A stretch of DNA of 64,000 bases. It comes from an uncultured Prevotella sp. GTDB lineage: Bacteria > Bacteroidota > Bacteroidia > Bacteroidales > Bacteroidaceae. This document shows positions 21,054 through 31,528 of the stretch, one piece after another. A program made the position numbers and the translations under genes. The stretch is from the NCBI GenBank assembly GCA_900768785.1, contig CAAGEG010000050.1:16057-80056 (forward strand), given 5' to 3'. The stretch's first letter is position 1, and every line of letters begins with the position of its first letter. Below the pieces are notes generated by a model, which was not told the DNA's origin, made no database searches, and was given only the letters and a program-made list of their open reading frames with translations.

Positions 21054-21282
21054 AAGACTGTGTGAAAAGTCTGTTTTGCGAAAATTATCTTTGTACGTGC
21101 TTTTTTAGAAAAAATAATTTTGCACATAAGATATTAATCGTTATATTTGCCAATTAGAGGTGGTAAGAAGTAGCAGTCGTATTAATTAGAAACTTTTTAT
21201 GACATGCACTCTTGCCTCCGGTTAGTTGTTCTTTCTTATTAAACAACGAAAAAAATATTAGTAAAAACAATTATCTAACATC

Positions 21283-21552
21283 ATGGCAAATAAAAGAGAA
21301 CTTAAAAAGTGCATACACTTGGTGTGCGGAGACTTGTTGTCAGAGTGTATGGCAATGTCTTTATACGAGAGTAAAAAAGATGATGAAAGCATAAAAGCGA
21401 TTATTTCCTCTATTTTAGGCGTTTATGCCAATTCTATAAGCCGTGTTTCACATCCGCAACAAGGCATGAAGCCCAAACTCTATTTCAAAGACCTTAAAGA
21501 TAAGTTTGAACAAGAGATTTGCGAAATAATTGATGTGATGGGTAATCTTTAA
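21283..21552 (+). CDS. Conserved-type small hypothetical protein
   Basis: ATG in A-rich context; MANKRELKKCI; first gene of operon. Confidence 0.7.
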   Translation: MANKRELKKCIHLVCGDLLSECMAMSLYESKKDDESIKAIISSILGVYANSISRVSHPQQGMKPKLYFKDLKDKFEQEICEIIDVMGNL

Positions 21553-21572
21553 GTTTTTTATATACTGATATA

Positions 21573-22124
21573 ATGTTTCAGAATTTTTGCAAGTGGCTCT
21601 TGTATAAGCGTTTGGGCTGGAAAAAGGATGTTAGTATAGAGCATCCTGACAAATACATAATTAGTTTCGCTCCCCATACCAGCAATATGGATTTCATTAT
21701 AGGACAGTTGTATATGCACGCAGAGGGTATGCACATCAACTTTATGATGAAAAAAGAGTGGTTTTTCTGGCCGTTGGGATACGTCTTTCGCCGTATGGGC
21801 GGCATTCCGGTATATAGGTCGAAACATCTGCGCATGACAGACCAGTTGGCTCAGGCAGCTATTGACGCCGACAAATTCAGCCTTTGTATAACGCCGGAGG
21901 GCACACGCTCGGTGACAAAAGAATGGAAACGAGGCTTCTATTACATAGCCCAAAAAGCCCAAATACCCATATTGCTGTATGGCGTCGACTATGAAAAGAA
22001 ATTGATAAAGTGTACTAAGAGCCTTGTTCCTAACGGAGACATAGATAAGGAAATGAAATTTGTAATGGCTTATTATAAAGACTTTAAAGGTCGTCACCCC
22101 GAAAGATTTGCCATAGAAGAATGA
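21573..22124 (+). CDS. 1-acyl-sn-glycerol-3-phosphate acyltransferase family
   Basis: HTSNMD (HxxxxD), ITPEGTRS. Confidence 0.9.
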   Translation: MFQNFCKWLLYKRLGWKKDVSIEHPDKYIISFAPHTSNMDFIIGQLYMHAEGMHINFMMKKEWFFWPLGYVFRRMGGIPVYRSKHLRMTDQLAQAAIDADKFSLCITPEGTRSVTKEWKRGFYYIAQKAQIPILLYGVDYEKKLIKCTKSLVPNGDIDKEMKFVMAYYKDFKGRHPERFAIEE

Positions 22125-22206
22125 TTTTGAAACCGTTTTGCCCATTTCTTAAAAAACGAAACAACACTCATAAAGAACAGAACAGCTTATGTGTAAAACA
22201 AGTACA

Positions 22207-24822
22207 ATGAAGAGAATAGCCTTTTTTATTATGTTTATTGTTCTTTTGGCATCATGCGCCTCACATAAGAAAGCAGTATCAGAACAAGGAAAGCCGAGAA
22301 AAGAAAAGAAAGAAGAGAAGAAGAAACCGATTAATGACGTGGAATACAAAGGTCAGTCTTGGGTGTTCAACTCTTCAAAACCTTTCAACATAACCAAAGG
22401 ACTGCAAAACAAGCACCTCTCAATATGGGCAAGTCACGGACGATATTTCAATTTGGCAAAGAATAGATGGGAGTGGCAACGTCCAAACCTCTTTTGTACC
22501 AATGAAGACTTGTTTACTCAGACTATCGTAGTGCCCTATCTAATACCTATGTTAGAAAGAGCCGGAGCCGTTGTCTTCACGCCTCGTGAACGTGATTGGC
22601 AGAAACAAGAGATTATAATTGACAACGATGATGCTGAAAAACTGCCATATTACACCGAGATTAACGTGGGTCATGAGTGGCGAGACGCAGGAATAGCCGG
22701 TTTTGCCTTCATAAACAGAATAACCTCAGATGGTCAAAACCCCTTCAAAACAGGTACTACACGCATGGTGAAGACCAATGAAACAGGTGGCAGCGAGGTG
22801 TCTTATCAACCGACATTATCTAAGGAAGGAACTTACGCCGTGTATGTTAGCTATCCCACACACCATAAAAGCATTCCCGATGCTCAATATATAGTGGTAC
22901 ATAAAGGGCGAAAGACCGAGTTCAGAGTCAATCAACAGATGGGCGGAGGCACATGGGTGTATCTCGGAACATTTGATTTCGGAAAAGGATGTACGTCGGA
23001 CAACCGCATAATCGTAACGAATAAGAGCAGTCATAAAGGAGTGGTCACAACCGATGCCGTGCGTTTGGGTGGCGGAATGGGCAACGTGGCACGACAAGGA
23101 AGCACAAGTGGAATGCCCCGATGCCTTGAAGGCTCAAGATATTATGCCCAATGGGCAGGTGCTCCCGACAGCGTTTATCTTGCCAAACAAGGTGAAGACG
23201 ACTATAAAGAAGATATTTATGCAAGAACATATATGACCAATTGGTTGGCAGGAGGCTCTTGTTTCGTTCCCCAAACAGATGGTTTGCGAGTGCCTATCGA
23301 ACTCGCTCTTGCCGTGCATAGCGATGCCGGAATATCGGCAGACCCTACAACACCGGTGGGAACTCTTACTATCTGTACCACAGCGACCAATAACGGCATG
23401 TATCCGTCAGGTCTTTCGCGCAGCCGTTCGCTTGATTTTGCCAACACTTTGTCGGATAATGTATATAGAGACATCTCAACAACGTTTGGTAAATGGAACA
23501 AACGAGAACTCTATGACCGCAATTATGCTGAGACAAGATGCCCCGCCATGCCTTCGGCAATAATAGAAACCTTGTCGCATCAGAACTTTTTAGACATGCA
23601 ATATGGCTTGAACCCCGAGTTCAGATTTGTGTTGGCGAGAAGCATTTATAAGTCTATATTGAAATATACGGCTAAAAATCACGGCAAAAGTTATGTCGTT
23701 GCACCTTTGCCTCCTAAAGATTTGTGCTCTTATTTCATATCGTCAGACTCATTAATGCTTCGTTGGAACATGCAGAAGGATGTTGCCGAACCTAAGTCGG
23801 TGCCTACTTCTTATGTGCTTTATACCTCAACAGACAATTCGGGATACGATAATGGCATAGTGGTAAAAGGCACGGCATGCAAACTGAAACTGTTGCCGGG
23901 TGTGAGATATTCGTTCAAAGTGACTGCAATAAACGAAGGAGGAGAGAGCTTGGAAACTGAGTCGGTATCGGCTTATTATAGTCCTAATACCACAAAAAGA
24001 CTGATGATTGTGAATGGATTTACACAGTCTGCAGCTCCTGTTGTGGTTGAAGACGAGCAGAAAGCAGGCTTCGACTTATACGATTATCCCGGAGTTTGGA
24101 CCGACAAGAATGCCGGTTTTGCCGGAGCACAACAATGCTTTGACAAGTCAATGGCGGGGAAAGAGGGTGTTGGCGCACTTGGATATTCAGGTGGAGAACT
24201 TGAAGGAATGATAATAAAAGGCTTGGATAAAGACAATGTTTCAACACACGCCAAATCGTTGGAGGCTTATGGTAAATGCAGTTTTGCCACTTCGTCAATA
24301 TCGGCTGTCGAGAAAGGCATTGTAGATATAAACTCTTATGATGCTCTTGATATAATATTAGGCATGCAGCGCACACAACCGCTCTCGCCAAAGATGAAAA
24401 CTCGCTTGAAAGATTATGCTGCTAAGGGTGGCACAATGCTTGTCAGCGGCTCTTATCTCTGCGGTAATGATGATACGTATGTGGCAAATGCCGATTTCTT
24501 CAACTCGGTATTACATCTTAATACTGTGGGCTCACGCCATTTAGACTATAATAGCGAGATATCGGGCATGGGTACTTCGTTTGAGATATATACCACTTTT
24601 AATGAAGAACATTATGCGGCGACAGCCGTAAATATGTTGTCTCCCGTTGCTCCGGCGTTCACTTCTCTAACAGACAACGAAGGTAACGGCTTGTGTGTGG
24701 CTTATTCTGACAACAAAAGTAGTGTGCTGACAATGGGCTTCCCATTTGAATGTATCAAACAAGCTAATAAGCGAGATGCCGTAATGAAGGGGATAATGAC
24801 CTTTTTGCTTGGTGTTAAGTGA
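22207..24822 (+). CDS. Lipoprotein with amidase-like, golvesin/xanthan-lyase-like and Fn3 domains
   Basis: Lipobox LASC; SHG, HSDA, IIETLSH Zn-amidase-like motifs; GGTWVYLGTF..DAVRL; Fn3 YSFKVTAINEGGES. Confidence 0.75.
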   Translation: MKRIAFFIMFIVLLASCASHKKAVSEQGKPRKEKKEEKKKPINDVEYKGQSWVFNSSKPFNITKGLQNKHLSIWASHGRYFNLAKNRWEWQRPNLFCTNEDLFTQTIVVPYLIPMLERAGAVVFTPRERDWQKQEIIIDNDDAEKLPYYTEINVGHEWRDAGIAGFAFINRITSDGQNPFKTGTTRMVKTNETGGSEVSYQPTLSKEGTYAVYVSYPTHHKSIPDAQYIVVHKGRKTEFRVNQQMGGGTWVYLGTFDFGKGCTSDNRIIVTNKSSHKGVVTTDAVRLGGGMGNVARQGSTSGMPRCLEGSRYYAQWAGAPDSVYLAKQGEDDYKEDIYARTYMTNWLAGGSCFVPQTDGLRVPIELALAVHSDAGISADPTTPVGTLTICTTATNNGMYPSGLSRSRSLDFANTLSDNVYRDISTTFGKWNKRELYDRNYAETRCPAMPSAIIETLSHQNFLDMQYGLNPEFRFVLARSIYKSILKYTAKNHGKSYVVAPLPPKDLCSYFISSDSLMLRWNMQKDVAEPKSVPTSYVLYTSTDNSGYDNGIVVKGTACKLKLLPGVRYSFKVTAINEGGESLETESVSAYYSPNTTKRLMIVNGFTQSAAPVVVEDEQKAGFDLYDYPGVWTDKNAGFAGAQQCFDKSMAGKEGVGALGYSGGELEGMIIKGLDKDNVSTHAKSLEAYGKCSFATSSISAVEKGIVDINSYDALDIILGMQRTQPLSPKMKTRLKDYAAKGGTMLVSGSYLCGNDDTYVANADFFNSVLHLNTVGSRHLDYNSEISGMGTSFEIYTTFNEEHYAATAVNMLSPVAPAFTSLTDNEGNGLCVAYSDNKSSVLTMGFPFECIKQANKRDAVMKGIMTFLLGVK

Positions 24823-24866
24823 GCCTAATGATACGCTTTTTAATGAACAAAACATATACTTATAAT

Positions 24867-25202
24867 ATGAATACATATAAAATAACAGCTAATTCTTCAG
24901 GTACTCGAAGTATTACAGTTACTGAAAACCACCTTGAAACAATAAAGAAATATGCGTTGTTGAAGAACCTTATAGACAGCAACGGTATTGTAGAGGAGCA
25001 GGTTCTCGATAAGTTGAAACTCAATGTCAGGGCTCTTTTGGAGTCTTCACAAGAGACTGACAAAGACTTGTTGGACTTGTGTCTTGATGTGATTTATTGT
25101 AATAACATGAAGGCTTTCGGACTTTACCAACTGATAATGCTTTATATCAAATGGGAAAACGAGAAAGAAAAAGAGGCTGACAATGGCGCTGATGTTGACT
25201 GA
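24867..25202 (+). CDS. Hypothetical protein
   Basis: Tightly packed in operon; start placed at MNTYKI. Confidence 0.7.
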   Translation: MNTYKITANSSGTRSITVTENHLETIKKYALLKNLIDSNGIVEEQVLDKLKLNVRALLESSQETDKDLLDLCLDVIYCNNMKAFGLYQLIMLYIKWENEKEKEADNGADVD

Positions 25203-27129
25203 TTGGCTGCCAACGACAAAGAAAGAAGTGATGTTGAGGAAGTGGGATGAGCTGGATGTCATCTTGTTTTCTGCTGATGCTTATGTTGATCATCCTTCTT
25301 TTGGTGCGGCAGTCATAGGACGTGTACTTGAGGCTGAGGGCTTAAAGGTGGCAATAGTGCCACAACCCGATTGGCATGGCGACTATAGAGATTTCAAGAA
25401 GTTGGGCAAACCGCGTTTGTTCTTTGGTATTGCGCCCGGCTGTATGGACTCTATGGTCAACAAATATACTGCCAATAAGCGACTGAGGTCGGAAGATGCT
25501 TATAGTCCCGACGGTCGTCACGAGTGCCGTCCTGAATATCCAACGATTGTATATACCAAAATTCTCAAGAGTTTATACCCTGATGTGCCCGTCGTTCTTG
25601 GCGGTATAGAGGCTTCGCTTCGCCGACTGACGCATTATGATTATTGGAAAGACGGCTTGCGAAAGTGTATATTGTGTGACTCGGGTGCCGACATGATAAT
25701 CTACGGAATGGGCGAAAAGCCTATAATACAATTATGTAGGGAGTTGCAAAAGGGTAGGGATATACATGAAATCAAGGATATCCCGCAAACGGTATGGCTT
25801 TCTAATGAGGCCGATATACCCGGTGGAATAACCGATAATGATATTGTTTTACATTCTCATGAGGAATGTTTGAAAAACAAAATAGCGCAAGCCGAGAATT
25901 TCAAACATATAGAAGAAGAGTCTAACATGTTGCATGCGCATCGTCTGCTGCAAGCTGTCGACAATGTTTTTGCCGTTGTAAATCCTCCATATCAGCCAAT
26001 GACAACGGAAGAGATAGACAAAATTTATGATTTGCCTTTTACTCGTTTGCCGCATCCTAAATATAAAGACAAACGTATCCCTGCTTATGAGATGATAAAA
26101 CACTCTGTAAACATTCATAGAGGTTGTTTCGGGGGGTGTGCTTTCTGTACAATTAGCGCACATCAAGGCAAGTTTATCGTTTCGCGTAGCAAAGAGAGCA
26201 TACTGAAAGAGGTAAGAAAAATTGTCGCAATGCCCGATTTTAAGGGGTACATAAGCGATCTTGGCGGACCTTCGGCAAATATGTATGGCATGGCAGGACA
26301 CAATAAATCAATATGTGAAAAGTGTAGAAGACCATCGTGCATCAACCCGAAGATATGCCCTAACCTTAATACTGACCATAGCCGATTAATAGATATTTAT
26401 CAGTCGGTTGACGCTATTCCCGGCATAAAAAAGAGCTTCATAGGCAGCGGGGTGAGATATGACTTGCTGTTGTATAAAAGCAAAGATGAGGCTGCTAACG
26501 TTGCTGCGAGAAAATATACCAAAGAACTTATATGTAAACATGTGAGTGGCAGACTTAAAGTGGCGCCCGAACACACTTCAGACACGGTGCTGCGCTTCAT
26601 GAGAAAGCCGCCTTTCAGCCAGTTTGAAGAGTTTAAACGCATCTTTGATGACATAAATAAGAGGGAAAAACTCAATCAACAGATTATTCCTTATTTTATT
26701 AGCAGTCATCCGGGATGCCATGCAGAGGACATGGCTGAGTTGGCTGTAATTACCAAACGGCTGAATTTTCATCTTGAACAGGTGCAAGACTTCACGCCAA
26801 CACCAATGACCGTAAGTACGGAAACATGGTATTCGGGCTACGACCCTTATACTTTGGAAAAGGTTTTCTCGGCAAAGACACCGCGTGAAAAGTTGGCTCA
26901 ACGACAGTTTTTCTTTTGGTATAAGCCCGAAGAGCGTCGCAATATTGAGAGAGAGTTGTCGTTAATGGGGCGTCGTGACCTTATAGGCAAGTTGTATAAT
27001 GGCAACAGACCTTATGCAGATGCGAAACAACAATCCAAAAAGCCAATGCAACCTAATGAAAATCATAGAACAGACAATTCAAGGAAAGCGAAGTCAGGAC
27101 ACGTGCGAAGACGGAATAGCGGTAGGTAA
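25183..27129 (+). CDS. ygiQ: YgiQ-family radical SAM protein
   Basis: DAYVDHPSFG, CFGGCAFC (CxxxCxxC), DLGGPSANMY, QVQDFTPTP. Confidence 0.9.
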   Translation: MALMLTDWLPTTKKEVMLRKWDELDVILFSADAYVDHPSFGAAVIGRVLEAEGLKVAIVPQPDWHGDYRDFKKLGKPRLFFGIAPGCMDSMVNKYTANKRLRSEDAYSPDGRHECRPEYPTIVYTKILKSLYPDVPVVLGGIEASLRRLTHYDYWKDGLRKCILCDSGADMIIYGMGEKPIIQLCRELQKGRDIHEIKDIPQTVWLSNEADIPGGITDNDIVLHSHEECLKNKIAQAENFKHIEEESNMLHAHRLLQAVDNVFAVVNPPYQPMTTEEIDKIYDLPFTRLPHPKYKDKRIPAYEMIKHSVNIHRGCFGGCAFCTISAHQGKFIVSRSKESILKEVRKIVAMPDFKGYISDLGGPSANMYGMAGHNKSICEKCRRPSCINPKICPNLNTDHSRLIDIYQSVDAIPGIKKSFIGSGVRYDLLLYKSKDEAANVAARKYTKELICKHVSGRLKVAPEHTSDTVLRFMRKPPFSQFEEFKRIFDDINKREKLNQQIIPYFISSHPGCHAEDMAELAVITKRLNFHLEQVQDFTPTPMTVSTETWYSGYDPYTLEKVFSAKTPREKLAQRQFFFWYKPEERRNIERELSLMGRRDLIGKLYNGNRPYADAKQQSKKPMQPNENHRTDNSRKAKSGHVRRRNSGR

Positions 27130-27868
27130 AGGGCTGTTGGCTGTCATAGACGGCAGCACGAGCAAATCGCCTTTAATGGTTATGCCCGGAACTACCAATG
27201 GCCGCTATTGCATGCAATGTATAAAAAGGGATATAGAAGCTATGTCTGCTGATATTTCTCTGCAACAATTGTGCATTAAACTTACAGATACCATTCGCCG
27301 TGTGTATAATTCGCAAGGCATAGACCTCAATCGTCTGAAAGACAATCCCGTAGAGAGACTAACAGCGAGTGTGGCTGTGTATTCGGAATATTATGGACAG
27401 ATATGGATGATTGGCGATTGCCAATGTCTTGTAGAGGGAGAATATGTTGAAAACGGCAAACCGCTTGAGGCTGTTCTTGCTGCCAGACGTGCCGATTTTT
27501 TGAATAACCGTCTGAAAGAGGGGGCTTCAATAGCTGAATTTCAACATCATGACACTGGGAGAGACTTGATAATAAATGACATTATTGAGGGTTGTAAGCG
27601 TCAAAATATCGACTATTCGGTCGTTGATGGCTTTGATGTACCGATAGATAAGGTAAAGGTTGTAAACGTCCCGCGCGGTTCAGAGGTCGTAATGGCTTCC
27701 GATGGCTTTCCGAAGCTGTGTAACACGTTGAAAGAGAGTGAAGAATTTCTTGCTTGTCAGCTTAGAGAAGATCCTTTGTGTATAAATCTTTTTAAGGCCA
27801 CCAAAGGTCTTATGTGTGGCAATCAATCGTTTGACGACCGTTGTTATGTTCGTTTCACGTGTGAATAA
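27056..27868 (+). CDS. PP2C-like phosphatase-fold hypothetical protein
   Basis: CEDG, AVIDGSTSK, IGDC, MASDG, FDDR motifs; start placed at MKIIEQ. Confidence 0.7.
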   Translation: MKIIEQTIQGKRSQDTCEDGIAVGKGLLAVIDGSTSKSPLMVMPGTTNGRYCMQCIKRDIEAMSADISLQQLCIKLTDTIRRVYNSQGIDLNRLKDNPVERLTASVAVYSEYYGQIWMIGDCQCLVEGEYVENGKPLEAVLAARRADFLNNRLKEGASIAEFQHHDTGRDLIINDIIEGCKRQNIDYSVVDGFDVPIDKVKVVNVPRGSEVVMASDGFPKLCNTLKESEEFLACQLREDPLCINLFKATKGLMCGNQSFDDRCYVRFTCE

Positions 27869-28136
27869 ACCATTTTCTTATCGCTTGTAATGTAAGTTTA
27901 ACCCAAATCGGTTATAAGTTTTAATCTCATTTTTCTCTTCTATGTGTTTGGTTGTGTCAAGTTTTATCTAAGACATAGTGATTTATGTCATGATAAAGCG
28001 TGGTTCAAAATGGTGCATATTGGAGCGAAAGGAGCTGAAAAGCCTATGTAATAAGAAATAAAGTTATTTGTGGTATAATGACCGATTTGGGTTTAAGGGG
28101 GCAATAAGCGTTGTGTGGTATGCAACTTGTTGATTG

Positions 28137-30119
28137 CTACTTTATTACTATGGTCTTAAACCAATCTTTCATCACTCCCGCGTATTGATTTTGTGAGTCG
28201 CTGATGATAATAATTGATTGACTTCCGTCATCTAATACAGGACCTTTACACATGCCTTCATAGTTGGCTATGGAACGGTTGAACAGAGTGAGATGTGTGG
28301 AAAACGAATGTAACAGACGTTTATCTAATGTTTTTGTCTTGTTGCAATCATACGGTGTGTCGCAAGGATACGACTTTGTCTCGTCAAGATTTATCTCGTA
28401 TATCTTGCAATTAACAAATGCGCCGATTTTTGCCTTTGGAACGAAGAACTCTCTTTCCAATACGAGCATCCTCTCTTTGCTTATTGTCGTTATTTCGCTA
28501 ACGCCTAATGCATATTGTGAGGCTTGTTTTGATGTGCTCGGCTTGTCCATTTCATAGAAATACATACAGTCTTGTTGCAGATTCATGTCAAATCCATAGA
28601 GTCTTAATATATTGTTTCGTTCATTTGAAGTGGCAGTTTGGTCTATGTCGTTTTTTAGCGGACCTTCGTTTATTGTCCATATAGTATGGCTTTCTTCATC
28701 GTATGCCAATGCCTCAAGCCCTTTGTTAGGTGTGACATTTTTCTTGAATGTCTCGGGCATGTTTATGCTTCTGCCTGTCGGAGTGCCGTCCATGTTGTAT
28801 TCAACAATGCGGTTGTCGCTCTCCCTGCTTATAAACAATGTGTTTGTTGTTGGTACATAGGCTATGCCTTCTGCGTCTGCCGATATGCCTTTGTTGGCTT
28901 TAAAACCTATGTTTTCAGCGTTTTTTATCTCCCCACTTTTGGGGTCAATGGTGATATTGAACAAGAAAAAACCGTCGCTCTCGGTCTTATCAGAGACGAC
29001 GGCATATATATTGTCGGTTATATGTGTTATTCCGCTGTAGTTGCCTGGTGGTATTGTGGCATTGAACGACCGTTGTTGACAGTCTTTTATTAGTGTTAGC
29101 GGTGGGTTGTCTGCCCATTTTGCTCCTTGTCGCAACACTATTTTTATGCGTTTGTTATTAGGTATTGTCGGACGTTGCCATGTTCCTTTGCTTACGGAGA
29201 TAATGGTTTCAACGTCTGTTGGTGCTTCGTCAACGGCTTTTTGAAGGTCTGTGTAAAGTCCTGTGCCGTCTTGGGCTACTTGAATGTCGTATTTCACAAG
29301 GTGTTTTGCCAATGCCGGTACTTCTTTTACAACTGCTTGTGCCAACAATCCTGCCACTGTCATGGCGCCTTTTATGTTATAATGGGTATTGTCTTGCCTG
29401 CCTTGTGGTAGAGAAGGTGTCTCTCCGGGTGCGAAAATCATGTGTAGCTGCTTTGATTTCTCCCTTCCAAGCCCTTGCTCAAGGTTGTGTGTTATGGCGT
29501 TTGCATCAACAAAAGGTGTGCCCGTTGCCTGTGCTACTTGTCGTGGGGATATGAGATAAGCTCCGTGAGTATCTATGAGGCTGTCGCCTTCGGCAAGGTT
29601 GCTTGACGAATTTGCTCTTAGGTCATCGTCGGTAACGGCTGTCTTGCTTTGTGCGAACGAACGTCTTACCACACTGTTAAACAATACGGGGTGTGCTCCT
29701 TTTGATTTTGTTTCTTCAACAAACTTTTTCAGGTTTGCGTCAAAGGTGGTTCCGGGTTCCGTGTGCCTTAATGTGTCGGGCTTTTCGTCGTTATGACCGA
29801 ATTGAATGAACACATAGTCGCCGGGCTTGAGCTTTTCGAGTACTTTTTGCCAACGCCCTTCGGCTATGAAACTCTTTGATGAACGCCCGTTAACGGCGTG
29901 GTTTTCAATAACTATATCATCAGAGAAGAAATTCTGCAACATCATTCCCCAGCCTCTCTCTTGCTTGTCGCCGCTGATATCTTTGTTTGCCATTGTCGAG
30001 TCGCCAATGGTAAATATCGTTATGGTGTCTTGTTTGTCGGCAGAACAAAGGGTTATGGTTAAAGCAAATGCTATAAACAGGGGTATTAGTCTGCTTGCAG
30101 CTGTTTTCTTGTTGTTCAT
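28137..30119 (-). CDS. Fusion: SGNH rhamnogalacturonan acetylesterase (CE12) + pectinesterase remnant + phytase-like esterase propeller
   Basis: GDSTM, GRSSKSF, QFGHNDEK, DNTH; VAQDGTGLYTDLQKAVD; YSGI, DAEGIA, NKGLEAL, NYEGM. Confidence 0.8.
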   Translation of the reverse strand: MNNKKTAASRLIPLFIAFALTITLCSADKQDTITIFTIGDSTMANKDISGDKQERGWGMMLQNFFSDDIVIENHAVNGRSSKSFIAEGRWQKVLEKLKPGDYVFIQFGHNDEKPDTLRHTEPGTTFDANLKKFVEETKSKGAHPVLFNSVVRRSFAQSKTAVTDDDLRANSSSNLAEGDSLIDTHGAYLISPRQVAQATGTPFVDANAITHNLEQGLGREKSKQLHMIFAPGETPSLPQGRQDNTHYNIKGAMTVAGLLAQAVVKEVPALAKHLVKYDIQVAQDGTGLYTDLQKAVDEAPTDVETIISVSKGTWQRPTIPNNKRIKIVLRQGAKWADNPPLTLIKDCQQRSFNATIPPGNYSGITHITDNIYAVVSDKTESDGFFLFNITIDPKSGEIKNAENIGFKANKGISADAEGIAYVPTTNTLFISRESDNRIVEYNMDGTPTGRSINMPETFKKNVTPNKGLEALAYDEESHTIWTINEGPLKNDIDQTATSNERNNILRLYGFDMNLQQDCMYFYEMDKPSTSKQASQYALGVSEITTISKERMLVLEREFFVPKAKIGAFVNCKIYEINLDETKSYPCDTPYDCNKTKTLDKRLLHSFSTHLTLFNRSIANYEGMCKGPVLDDGSQSIIIISDSQNQYAGVMKDWFKTIVIK

Positions 30120-30130
30120 GTTGCTGATGT

Positions 30131-31495
30131 TTATTTCACCTTTTCTATTAGTTCGTCTGTTGTAACGAGCGATTGTTCTCCCGTTGTCATGTCTTTCAAA
30201 GTGATTTTCTGCTCGTTTATCTCATTTTCTCCCGCCATTGCTACAAAGCGAACGCCATTGCTGTTGGCGTAGCTCATCTGTTTTTTCATTTTTACAGCGT
30301 CGGGATAAATCTCTGTTGCCACACCTGCTTCTCTTGCTTTTGCCGCTATGGGCATGCAGTAGGCGGTCTCTTTTTCTCCGAAATTGATGAAGAGCAGTTG
30401 TGTGTTCGACATGGCGTTTTCGGGGTATAGGTCAAGTGTGTTCAACACATCGTATATGCGGTCTGCGCCGAAAGAGATACCAACACCGCTTATTCCGGGC
30501 ATGCCGAATATTCCTGTGAGGTTGTCGTATCGTCCTCCGCCTGTTATACTTCCTATTTGTACGTCGCAGGCTTTCACTTCGAAGATTGCTCCTGTGTAGT
30601 AGTTTAGTCCGCGTGCAAGTGTTAGGTCAAACTCAACTTCGTTGTTTAAGCCGCATTGTTTCAGCATGTTGAGTATGTAGTTTAGTTCTTCCACGCCTTT
30701 CATTCCTGCTTCCGAGCCTTTTAAGATGTTGCTCATTGTGGCGAGTTTCTCTTCGTTGGTGCCGCTAAGTGTTATTATTGGCTGCAGCTTTTCTATTGCT
30801 TCGCTGCTTAGTCCGTCGGCTGCCAGTTCGGCATTTACGTTGTCAAGACCTATTTTGTCAAGTTTGTCTATTGCTACGGTTATATCTACAATTTTGTCAG
30901 CCTCGTTAATGTATTCTGCTATTCCGCTTAGTATCTTTCTATTGTTAATCTTTATCAACACTTTTATCCCGAAGCGTGTGAACACGGTGTCGATAATCTG
31001 CATGAGTTCCACCTCGTTCATTAACGAATTGCTGCCTACAATGTCGGCATCACACTGATAAAACTCTCTGTAACGCCCTTTTTGCGGTCTGTCGGCACGC
31101 CATACGGGTTGTATCTGATAGCGTTTGAAGGGCATTTGAAGTTCGTCTCTGTGCATCACGACAAAGCGTGCGAATGGTACAGTGAGGTCGTATCTCAGTC
31201 CTTTCTCGCATAGTTTTGACGATAGTTTCAGCGAGTTGCCTTCCAAGAGTGCTTCTTTGTCTATTTTATTCAGGTAGTCGCCGCTGTTGAGTATTTTGAA
31301 CAACAATTTGTCTCCCTCTTCTCCGTATTTGCCGAGCAGTGTTTGGAGGGTTTCCATTGCCGGTGTTTCAATCTGCTTGAAGCCGTAGAGTGAGTAAACG
31401 GATTTTATGGTGTTGAATATGTAGTTGCGTTTAGACATCTCTAATGGTGAGAAGTCTCTTGTGCCTTTAGGGATTGTTGGCTTTGGTGCGTTCAT
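30131..31495 (-). CDS. hisS: Histidine--tRNA ligase
   Basis: [41 protein letters not shown]. Confidence 0.97.
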   Translation of the reverse strand: MNAPKPTIPKGTRDFSPLEMSKRNYIFNTIKSVYSLYGFKQIETPAMETLQTLLGKYGEEGDKLLFKILNSGDYLNKIDKEALLEGNSLKLSSKLCEKGLRYDLTVPFARFVVMHRDELQMPFKRYQIQPVWRADRPQKGRYREFYQCDADIVGSNSLMNEVELMQIIDTVFTRFGIKVLIKINNRKILSGIAEYINEADKIVDITVAIDKLDKIGLDNVNAELAADGLSSEAIEKLQPIITLSGTNEEKLATMSNILKGSEAGMKGVEELNYILNMLKQCGLNNEVEFDLTLARGLNYYTGAIFEVKACDVQIGSITGGGRYDNLTGIFGMPGISGVGISFGADRIYDVLNTLDLYPENAMSNTQLLFINFGEKETAYCMPIAAKAREAGVATEIYPDAVKMKKQMSYANSNGVRFVAMAGENEINEQKITLKDMTTGEQSLVTTDELIEKVK

Positions 31496-31528
31496 GATTA
31501 TGTTTACTTTGTTACCTTTTTCAGCCTT

